Shown here: piece by piece, positions 1 to 10,217 of the stretch
Layout: every line of letters starts with the position of its first letter
How positions within the stretch are numbered: position 1 is the stretch's first letter
From: Conidiobolus incongruus B7586
Taxonomy: Eukaryota
Direction of reading: 5' to 3'
Length of the DNA stretch: 33,773 nucleotides
Assembly (NCBI GenBank): GCA_000697335.1
Contig: JNEM01006228.1
Coordinates: forward strand, 1 to 33,773
Translations under genes and position numbers: made by a program
The notes under the pieces: generated by a model
Databases searched by the model: none
Told to the model about the DNA's origin: nothing
The model's input: the letters and a program-made list of their open reading frames with translations, nothing else

Positions 1-1377
1 TTTAAATCAAAGCTAATTAAATTATTAATAAAAAACATATTTAATTTTTATTTTATGACTTATTTTTATAGGCTAGTGAATTTATAAGCATAGTAATAAT
101 AATAATAATAATAATAATTAATTTTAAAACTATTCAAAACTAAAGAAATTAATATTTTTTGTTAATAAAATTATTTATTTTTAGGAATTTAAATCTTATT
201 AATTTTAATCAATAATTATTTTGGTAATGTTTTTTATTACAATATTTATATCAAAGTTAATATATAATAAATTAACCTTTAAGATACGATATTAACAAAT
301 AGAATAATAATTTGTATATGCCTTATTTTGAATAAATTTTATTTAATCTTTGAATTTTAAATTTATAGCTATATATAAAACTTAAAGTTAATTATTATTT
401 TATTCTGATTTTATTGTTTGTATTTTACTTAATTAATTTTAAAACCAGGTTATCAAAATATAGCCTATTTGGATTTTTTATGGATATTATTATAGTGATA
501 TTTTATAATATATATTATTATAATAATTGCTGATAATTTATAATATCCATTTTTATATTCAATGAATTAATCTCTCACTTTTTTGAAATGAACCAAATTT
601 TATCATAATTGAATTAATATAATTATTTTATTTATAGAAAGTAAAATAGAAATATATATTATTATAAATATTTAAAATAGCATTTTTTAATTTCATTTAT
701 ATATATTGATAATAATATTATTTTCAAATTTTTTTTATTTTTAATTAAGTATTTGTATTATATAGTAGTTATATATCCAAAACTGGATTATTTAAAATAA
801 AACGAAGTTAATAAACTAATGCATATCCCCACATAATATACTCCTATATTATTATATTTAATTAATCTTTCTTTATACCTTTATAATTTATTTATCTTAT
901 AAAGCATAAGTTTGATTGTTGATATCATTTATTTACCAATTTAAGTTAATAATAGGGTATATTAATAATTATATAAAAGAATTTAAATATATTGACTTAA
1001 AATTTATGATATTCGAAAATAGTTAATTTATTTAATAAATATTCAATTTAAAAATATATCATATTTAACTTTATAAATTGACAAATATCTATTATTGTTT
1101 ATATTATATATATATGTATATATTGATAATGAATTTCCTAATATATTGTCATTGCATTTATCACACCAGTTCCTTTATAATAAATGTATTAAATGTTACA
1201 AAAAGCCTTATGCATTGCAAATACTAATTAGTATAAACATTGTTTAATTAAATTAAAACCAAATTGCTAATGAATGCAATTGGTGTTATATAGCAGTAAA
1301 TATAAAAATAGTAAGCAATATTCAATCAATATAAGTAAGTACTTAAACATGTCGAAAATTATAATTGATAGATAAGA

Positions 1378-2567
1378 TTATAACTGAACTTCAGCAGCCA
1401 TTTGAGTATTATTTAAGCCAGCTATCAAATTTTTGATAGCTAAATCTACCATTGCTTCTCTAGTTTCGATATTAGCAGTTCCCAAATGAGGTGTGATGAC
1501 AACATTATCTAATTTGAGTAATTCAGAATCTAAAGGCAAGGGCTCAGGATCCGTGACATCTAAACCAGCACCTACAATCTCGCCAGTTTTCAGAGCCTTA
1601 ATCAAATCATTTTGCTGAATTACAGCACCTCTGGAACTATTCAATAAAATTGCAGTATTTTTCATTTTATGAAATACTTCAGCATTGAACAAATGCTTGG
1701 TATCATTGTTAAAGTTACAGTTAATACTTAAAATATCACTCTGCCTCAGCAATTCATCAAAGCTGACGTACTCAGCATTCAACTCTTGTTCAAAATCCGG
1801 TTTTCGAGATCTAGAATTATAAATAATTTTCTGTGGATTGAACCCTTTAAATCTTTTGGCAGTAGCTTGACCAATTCTACCAGCACCAAATATTCCAATA
1901 ACTTTGCCAGTTATTGATGTACCTACCATAAAGTCGGGATCCAAGGGACTCCAAGCCTGGTTCTTGACTAAATTGGCACCTTTGAAAAGATTACGCGATA
2001 CCATTAATGCAAGTCCTATATTAACATCAGCGACAGCATCTGTTAACACATCGGGAGTATGGCCTAAACGAATGTTGCGTTTTTTTAATTCCTCTGTGTC
2101 AACATGATCATATCCTACGCTTATAGTCGATATCACCTAATGATTTTTTTGAATATAATTTGATACTATGATTAAACGATAAAAACTTACTTTTAATTGT
2201 GAACCTAAAAATCACATCTATTAAAATTCAATAACTTAGCAACCATTAATTTGATAACTTACCCACATAATCTAAAAATTCTTTGTCAATTTTTCCTAAC
2301 ATTGGGATAACCATAATGCCTTCAGCACCTAATAACGTTAACACTAATACTATCATTATTATTCACAAATACCTTTGCAAATTTTCAGGTATTGTTCTCG
2401 AGTCATAAGCTTAGGATCTTGCCACCATTTTAAATCCCATCTAATTAAAATGAATATTGTATTCTAAAATTACATCAACAATATATTTACTGTGTGGCCA
2501 ATTCTGTTATCCATTGATTAGCATTAGGTGTTAAGTTTAAACAAATTGCTACTTTAGGTCTATTCAT
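1378..2567 (-). CDS. Glyoxylate/hydroxypyruvate reductase (D-2-hydroxyacid dehydrogenase family, GRHPR/Gor1-like), 5 exons, 327 aa
   Basis: Manual splicing gives exons 2567-2491, 2440-2373, 2328-2263, 2204-2191 (14-nt microexon) and 2136-1378. All introns are GT..AG (50, 44, 58, 54 nt). The spliced length is 984 nt in an open frame starting MNRPKVAICL. Motifs: ISTISVGYDHVD, GAGRIG Rossmann loop, NSSRG (Arg), DPEP (Glu), PHLG (His). Confidence 0.93.
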
Positions 2568-4849
2568 TTTAATTTCAAATTGCTAAGATTGTATTTATCA
2601 GTTAAAATTTAATAATTTGATTCAAAATTGAATAACTATTTCAAAGTATTTATATAATTTGTTTTTCAAGATAAATTAATAAAAAAAAATGGGATTTAAT
2701 TTAAAATTGAAGGAATTTTTTTTCTTTAAAATTTATTAATTTTGATAAATTTTGAAACATTCTAATCTGGACATGTCCCTCTCACTTTACAATGCAGATT
2801 AGCAACGAAATTAGTATTTATTGTAAAAAACCTATTTAAATTTGTGATATTTCATCTATAGTTCAATTCTCCAATGAAATTTAAGATGGAAATTTTGTGG
2901 CATAATTTTTCAATTAATTGATAAAAAAGCAATTATTTTCATGATGGTTATTAGCTTTAGCATTTTCGAATTAAAAATTAATTGAATGATATCTATACAT
3001 AGTTAAATATGTTATCAGATATTAAAGGTTTTGTAACTTAAGCCAAAAAATCATTGAATATAGTTTTGGTATAATAAAATTCAATTTATTTGATAAGATA
3101 TTATATATATATATATAAACCAATCAATATTTCTAAAACCTTTTAGTCAATTAGTTCCATATAAACTCGGAATTGTTATCTTTCCCTTTTAAAGTACACT
3201 CTTTAATCAAATATCAATATACTATGCCATAGGTTTTTGCTCAATCATATATTGTGTATTCGATTTATATACCAAAAATTGTAAATTATTCTAAAATATG
3301 AATATAATATTCTATTCAACCAATAAGAGTTTGTAAATAGTTTTTCAAACCAAAAGGATAGTCTGTATTTTTGAATAATCCATTTGACAGAAACCATCTA
3401 ATTCAAAACCTTATTGATTAGGTAGCTTTCCAATCATTGTTAGATTAAAATGGATACTGTATGATAATATTTAGTTTATGTAGAATATAATTTACAACAA
3501 CCTGGAATTAAATATATATTAACAACCATTTTAATTGGTTTATTACCATTGATAATTATATTTCAAAATTTAATAAAATATGAAAAATGAATATAACTGC
3601 ATATCAATGATTTTGTATATCATTCATTGATTGAAATCTAAAAAAGTTACAATAGTTGGGTATAAATGTATTTATAGCAGTTTTGTTTAACTACAGTTTT
3701 GTCCATCAGATATTTATTCTGATATATTATATTAATCAGGATATGAATGTATTTTTATTATTTTAATTTATCTAAATGGATCTGACAAGAAAATTAATCA
3801 ACAATATTTGATATATTATAATATTGACAAAATTTATCCATCATATATCTTAATAGATTGATTATATAAGAAAATTAGGCTTTAATAATAAAAATAATAT
3901 ATAATGAAATATTTATTGACATAGTTATAGAGATATTGATATATTTAATTAATCAAATTTTAATATGAAATATTTCATCTTATTGAATTATTTTAAGATT
4001 ATAAAAGATTGTGAAAATTGAATAAAAAATCCAATCCTATTTAAATTTCTGATAACAATTCTATTAGATTTAATCAGCAGTCACAATAATCAGCTTAATC
4101 CATGTATATTATATAGAGTACTTAATATATGCCATTTAAAACAATAGTTTTTAATCCAATTATTATATTTATATATCATATTATTTTGTCTTATTAAATT
4201 CTAAAAATTGCATATAAATATCTAATATCATAAATTTAAATTAAGTTAGAATGAATCAATGAAAAATTATAAAATTTGGTTGCTAGAAATTATAAAAATA
4301 CCAATTTAAAAATACTATTTAAAAAATTATTATTGAATAAAACATATATATTGAGATTGATGATTTAATTAATTAATTAATATATATTCATCAATGAAAG
4401 ATTTGGCTTATTAAAATTATCTAATTATACACTTTCAATGATATTCTATAATTGATTATCATTATAAATGATCATAGATTATTTGATTATTTATAAGATC
4501 TATATAAATGTTGATATTTTGATATATTTTTATCAAAGCAAATAAAGATATAGCCTAATTATCTGCATATTAAAATTACCTAAATATTTTCATATAATAA
4601 AATATTGTAATTCATAGAACTCAATCATGTACTCAAATTAGTTAAATACAATTTAATATTTGTCTAAAAATTTATTATTATGATTACTTTTATTTTTAGA
4701 TTTATATCTTACAAGGTTTTGAATTAAATGAGTTCAGGCTTATAGAGAGATTTATTCAACTAATAAATAGAATGATATCTTGTATTAAATATGAAAAATA
4801 ATGACTGATTGAATATTATTTACAATAATTTTCCAATTTGTCTTACAAA

Positions 4850-5375
4850 ATGATGGGAAATAATTTTGTCAATCACTCAAGGAACTGCGATTACCACACT
4901 GAATCGAGAAGTAACATTGGAAACCCATTTCCTGAACTGTGTGGTTGTGTTCCTTTATGTCACTGAGCCATTCCTATCCATAAAAATCGAATGAAAACTA
5001 ATATAAGATTATCACAAATGAACTAATAAACATATCTCTTTTATCTTCATTTCAAAAGTATCCAGTTACTTAGTTTTTCTCGTAACCCTCACAAAAGTGT
5101 TTAGTTTTGACGAGAGTAAGATATTTACTGTACTCAAGGAACCCAATTTACACTGAGCCATTTTCGCCTCGTTTGGTGAACTCCATTAATTTCCCCTAAC
5201 TCTGCGATAATACATTGTTTACTACTGGCGATTCCCCATTTAAGCTCTAAAAGTTTATTTCCTCCCACAATTAAGGTTGTCAAAAATCATCAAATCATCA
5301 ATTTACTGATATCTAAGGAAAAGTTGAATAAATTTGATCAGATTGTGTTCAAAAGTGTTTTTTAAATTGTAATAA
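4850..5375 (-). pseudogene. Decayed copy 1 of an unidentified protein-coding family (paralog of 24940-25665), 5'-truncated
   Basis: Colinear nucleotide similarity to about 24940-25450, e.g. ttatcttcatttcaa, gatatttact, gtttggtgaa. The minus frame reads ..LKWGIASSKQCIIAELGEINGVHQTRRKWLSVNWVP/SKYLTLVKTKHFCEGYEKN..GYF*NEDK with synonymous differences between copies. Stops and frameshifts are present. Confidence 0.7.
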
Positions 5376-5729
5376 TAATTGAACTTTGGCAGCCGTTTCA
5401 GTATTGTTAATACCTGTAACCACATTTCAATAGTTAAATCAACCATTGCTTCTCAAGTTTCAATACTACCTAATCCAAAGTGAGGAACAATCGCCACATT
5501 CTCTAATTTATATAGTTCACTATCTAAGGCCAAAGGCTGAGGATCAGTTATATCTAATCTAGCTCTAGCAATTTCACTAGCTTTGAGAATTTTAATCAAA
5601 TCATCTTACTCAGTTACTCCACCTCGAGAACTATTCAACAAAGAGCTGAATTCACTATTATGTTAAACACTTGAGTATTGAAAAAAATGCTTCATATTTT
5701 GATTGAAAATACAATTAATATATAAAATA
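5376..5729 (-). pseudogene. 3' half of glyoxylate reductase pseudogene
   Basis: Minus-strand translation ILYINCIFNQNMKHFF/NTQVF..LNSSRGGVTE*DDLIKILK..LDITDPQPLALDSELYKLENVAIVPHFG..ET*EAMVDL..AAKVQL is colinear with the C-terminal part of the intact gene. Stops at 5608-5606 and 5455-5453, plus frameshifts. Confidence 0.92.
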
Positions 5730-7020
5730 TATAGTTGTTCAAAAAGTAATTTCCTATACTTTAATCAATTATGATTTTTTATAGTCATAATTATTTCACT
5801 GGTATTTTAGTATTATTTAAACGATATTAAGTGATCCAAGAATAGATCATATTCAGTATATATATATATATCACTTTCTTGGAGAGTTCCAATAAATACA
5901 AAATGACTAAAAATTATAGAATTTCAAATTTTACCTAATAAAAATTTTATCGAAATATCATACTATACAGAACTTTCTATATTAACTATTAGCAAAAATC
6001 TCCAAGTAGCAACTGGTGGCAAAAGGCTTTTAAAGTATAATATTACAAATTGGTTTAATTAACTCAAAGTTAAAAGATCTAATATAAAAACCTTACCTTA
6101 TTTAATTTATCTTAAATTTATAACTAAAGAAATGCAAATAAAATTATGAAATATACCAAATATCACTTATATACCCAAATAATATAACTAGTACAATATA
6201 TTTTAATATTAACCCAATTCTTTATATTATTAACAATAATTTAAAATTAGTTAAAAAATAAAAATATAAATACCTTTATAATTTAATTTAAGATTAAATA
6301 AATAATAGAAGAAATATAGATAGGGTAAAATATTATTATAAATATACTTATATTACTTTATTTAAAAAAGATTATTACAATAAAAGGACTATAGATTTCA
6401 ATATTTAATCTATTGCTATAAAATGAAATGTGCTTAGGTTGATAAATCAAAATCACCACCACTAATTTTAAACAAAAGTATTTAAAAAACAATTATTATT
6501 AGGTATAGATAATAATAATAATAATATAGCACTTTACCATTCATTACTTGCAAAAATAAGCTATCATAGTAAATTTTAATTAAATTTTTAAACACTAATG
6601 TTATTACTTAGTGTGAGAAAAATTCAATTAAAAAATCATTTATTTTATATCATGATAGTTATATGCATATAATAATATTTATTAAAGATTTGAATATTGG
6701 AAAAAACTGGTTTTTATTACCACATCAACTATATTCACCAGATAAGAATCTTTATGATTATGTTGTTTTAATGTGTTGAAGAATTTGATTTAGGGAAATA
6801 TATTTGATAGCATTTCAACTTTACATTTCAAAATTGAAAGTGTAATTTTGAAAAATAAATTATAAAAACTTATGTAAAAAGGTTAAGCAATTACATTTAG
6901 TATAGAATTCTGATATTGAAAGACAATTTAATTAGCTATTAAAGTCCTATTACTTTTGCTTTGAATTTATTTTATTTTATTATAAAAATTTAAAATTGGT
7001 GAGTTTTTTAAACCACTGTA
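5730..7020 (+). mobile_element. Fossil Tc1/mariner (mariner-type) DNA transposon, 1291 bp
   Basis: It interrupts the reductase pseudogene and is flanked by TA at 5728-5729 and 7021-7022. Imperfect TIRs TATAGTTGTTCAAAAA / TACAGTGGTTTAAAAA (reverse complement) match at 13/16. Removing it plus one TA restores Q-N-D-I-L-Y-I-N-C (intact paralog QSDILSINC). Internal transposase motifs are present. Confidence 0.88.
6267..6860 (+). pseudogene. Degenerate mariner transposase catalytic domain
   Basis: Frame 6636-6761 reads SFILYHDSYMH...KNWFLLPHQLYSPDKNLYDY, matching the mariner ILHHDNARPH...WEVLPHPPYSPDLAPSDY motifs. Weaker upstream remnants are *IPL (WVPH-like, 6267), IITIKGL*ISIFN (IVTGDETW-like, about 6371) and *VDKSKSPP. 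Confidence 0.8.
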
Positions 7021-7815
7021 TATCATTCTGTTTCAACAACTCTGCAAAATTGATGTACTCAGTATTCAATTCCTTTTCAAATTCTGGCTTTCTCGGTCTA
7101 CTATCATAAATAATCTTGTGGGGATTGAACCATTTGAAACGCTTAGAGGCTGCTTGACCAATTCTGCCAGCGCCTAATATCTCCACAATTCTTTTCGCAA
7201 CTGAATTACCTACCATGAAATTTGGTTCTTATAAGTCCCAACTGCCGGTTTTGACTAGATGGTGCGATACCATTAAGAGTCCCAAATTGATGTCGGCTAT
7301 AGCGGTAGTCAACAATCGTGAGTGTAACCTAACCTAATATTGCATTTTTTGAGTTCCGCAATGTCGATATTGTTGTATCCTACACTCATTGTAGACACCA
7401 TTTTGAAACCATCAGCCAAACCCTACTAAAATCCAAAAGTTTCAGCTACTTTCAATTAAGACCCTGAAAATCCCATTAATACGCTGTTGTATCACACTTC
7501 AAATCATACAACTTACTAACAAAGTTCAAAAATTCCTTATCAATCTTTTCACCTCCTGAAATGACTAGAACACTTTCAACACCTAACAACTTTTAGTAGA
7601 TTTGTAACAGATTCCAAACAATTGCCTTTAGAAATTTCCAAATATAGTTGACTTGACATAGGTTTGGCTCATTTACACCACTTCATACCCCACCTAAATA
7701 AAATTAGCATTGGATAATTAATGTGTTGGTAGAATTACTCTTGACATAATTTGGAAAGTCATTAATTTGCTCTGGGTGTTAAACCTCTGATAATGAAGAC
7801 TTTGGGTTTAATCAT
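7021..7815 (-). pseudogene. 5' half of glyoxylate reductase pseudogene (retains 5-exon layout)
   Basis: ATG at 7815 (MIKPKVFIIRGLTPRAN**). Exons 7815-7739 (77 nt), 7693-7626 (68), 7582-7517 (66) and 7463-7450 (14) have the same sizes as in the intact gene. Exon 5 starts at about 7401 (MVSTMSVGY..GAGRIGQ). Lesions include several stops, a frameshift, a deletion, an intron-4 acceptor reading AA and a GC donor at intron 2. Confidence 0.93.
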
Positions 7816-8249
7816 TTTTTTATTAATTTTGGAAAATTAAAAGTAAATTAGGATTAGAAATTGGTGATGTATTCCATCTGCGAATCATTTATAGTAAAAC
7901 AATTCATCAAAATTTAATAAAGGGTTTGTATTGGATGACCATTGTGTGGTAAGGACCATATAATTTGGTTGGGTTGTGACTTGAATAATTAAAATAATCG
8001 GATCAATGGAATATCATTTAATAAATTTGATTCTGAAAAATAATATTAATAACAATAAAAACCAAATGATTATATTGAAATGTATTATTTTGAGTTTGGT
8101 ATTTACCAACTAAGACGGAGTTCTTTGAACTGATAAATTAGTAACACTTTAGAAATGGTTAAAAATCTAATGCTGGTTAGCTTATTATTCTTAGGAATTT
8201 TATTCTTTTGACGAGATCTCCTTCCATCAAACAGTATTAAAAGTTTCAT

Positions 8250-9373
8250 TTATTTGACGAGTACAAATATCAATACGAAGAATAAGATTGCAGCAAAAAT
8301 CTTAATCATGAGCCATCGATTCGACGTCAAATTGGTGTAGTATTTAAGTAATTCTTTTTGAGCTCCCGTTACATTCATTTCTAGGTCTTCGACATTTGCA
8401 TCAATTCTATTAAAATGATCAATATAAATATTATAATAGAGTGAGATTTGCGTTACCTTTGAACTACATCTCGCTGTTCACTCACCATTTGAGCTAATTG
8501 CTGGAACACACTTCCCAATTCTGCAATAGTGGACTCTATGTTCTGAATGGCTGTTGCTCGATTGTCAATGTAAGAATCCTAAAGTACATCAATATTTAAT
8601 CTCAATATTTAATAATAAGTAATTACTTGACTCTCTATCAATTCCAACTGCTGCATTGAAGTGCCACCCAAATCCAAAGCTAAAAATTCCTTCTTTTCAC
8701 CTTGCCCCTGATCGTCGTAAAAATTTTGTTGATTAGGAGCCTTAGAATAAGTAAATTTTTCTTTACGTTCGGAACTCGCCTTCATATTCTATTTATCTCA
8801 TTAATAACACTTTGATAAAATTAGTGTATAATTAATTACTTGAGTTCTTATTTCCAATACATCCTTAAAACTCATAGAAGTATTAGCCAACTGGGATTGC
8901 AAATTCGTCACTACATTGGTTTTATGCTCTTCAGCTTGTCTTTTACCACTCTTTTGGGATTTGGACAGCTGTTGCAAATTCGATAATTTTAAGTTAATAT
9001 TGGCAATATCTTGTTTAATAGAGAAAGTGAGATCCTAAATATTGGTGAATAAAATGTATAGGATGATAATTAGGATTAAGTTACATTGATTTCAGTTGGC
9101 ATATCGTCGAATAGAGTACGCCTCTTAGCCACTAACAAAATATTAACGTTTATAATTATAAAACTTAAAAAATAAAAGTTATTTACATCGTGTCAGTTTC
9201 TGCAATTTATCGTGAGTTCCACCAATCTCTTTAGCGATTTGACTCGCCAACAAGCTGAACTCATTCTTGTGTTTTGGACTGCTTCCTTGATGTGTTGGTA
9301 GTGGTGGACTCTTGTTCAATCTAATTTGTAAATTTTTACTAACTGAAAAAAATTCTTGAGATCTATCTCTCAT
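8250..9373 (-). CDS. SED5: Syntaxin-5 / Sed5 cis-Golgi Qa-SNARE, 6 exons, 289 aa
   Basis: Exons 9373-9187, 9131-9085, 9034-8840, 8788-8627, 8578-8457 and 8406-8250 have GT..AG introns and splice to 870 nt in frame. Features: N-terminal RDRSQEF Sly1-binding peptide, LAKRRTLFDD, SNARE motif IQNIESTIAELGSVFQQLAQMVSEQRDVVQRIDAN, and C-terminal NRWLMIKIF..TM anchor. Confidence 0.96.
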
Positions 9374-10217
9374 CTTAATATTATTAAATTATATGGTATA
9401 TTATTTTAAGTTTGAAATTAAAGAGTATTTAGAGAGTTTAGATGATGAATTATAATATTTAGGATTAGGAATTATGAGTAAATTAAAAATTGGTAAATTA
9501 TAATCAAATTTCGGAATTATTTTTATTAATGGGCCAATTGTTGAAATTAATACAAATTGTTGGGCATTTGTTATTGGTTGTATTGTGTTAAAAATAAAAT
9601 TAGTCCCATGAATTTCAGAATTTAGAAATTAAATTAATAAATAAAATCTATGATTTCTAACTAATAATATTGTCAACCAATTGAAATTGATTAACCAATT
9701 GCTACTAATTTTAATCAATTAGATTGAATACCTTTACTAATCAATGAATAAACGATGAATCAATATTAGAATCACTAAAACTCTGGAAATTGATCTTTTT
9801 GTAACATAAGTAGAATTATATCAGATTAAATAATTTACAAAATTATTTTGAATACTATCATTAATTTAAATAATTGCTATTAATTTTATCATATACAATA
9901 ACCTCCTTAATTGAATAAAATGCTGTAAATTCATTAATTTCTTTTGAGTATCTGAGAATACGTAAAATGTTATAAATTGTAATAATATTCATAATATTAA
10001 TTATAATAAAATAATAAAATAATAAAATCAATTCAAAAATTTTCAAACAGTAAAGTTATATATTTTAAAATAATCAAATCTTTATTAGATAAATTTCAAA
10101 TTATAGATCTTGCCAACTTAATAAAGGCAAAATGATTGATCAAGCTTTTATATTAGACGATACTGAAAAATGTTACATTAGATATGAGAAAATACGCAGA
10201 TAGACAGCTAATGAGGA

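Noticed and set aside
1904..2107. Plus-strand 67-aa ORF
   Set aside because: Antisense shadow of reductase exon 5.
4860..4915. PSVLIAVP(R)V.DKI resembles an acyl-CoA synthetase motif
   Set aside because: No other adenylation-domain motifs appear in the reconstructed sequence, and it is too short to assign.
5130..5260. Plus-frame reading (NPIYTEPFSPRLVNSINFP*..LFTTGDSPF) with TAA shared by both copies, hinting at stop-codon reassignment
   Set aside because: The substitution pattern and stop distribution favour the minus frame, where these are TTA Leu codons. Intact genes here end in TAA, so the code is standard.
6980..7216. 78-aa ORF as a small intact gene
   Set aside because: Fragment of the reductase pseudogene that reads into the transposon TIR.
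9861..10046. Short AT-rich ORFs (9861, 13259, 17653, 25351, 25388, 30238)
   Set aside because: I/K/N/Y/F-rich translations typical of AT-rich noise, with no motifs. The 25351 and 25388 ORFs are antisense to the unknown-family pseudogene.
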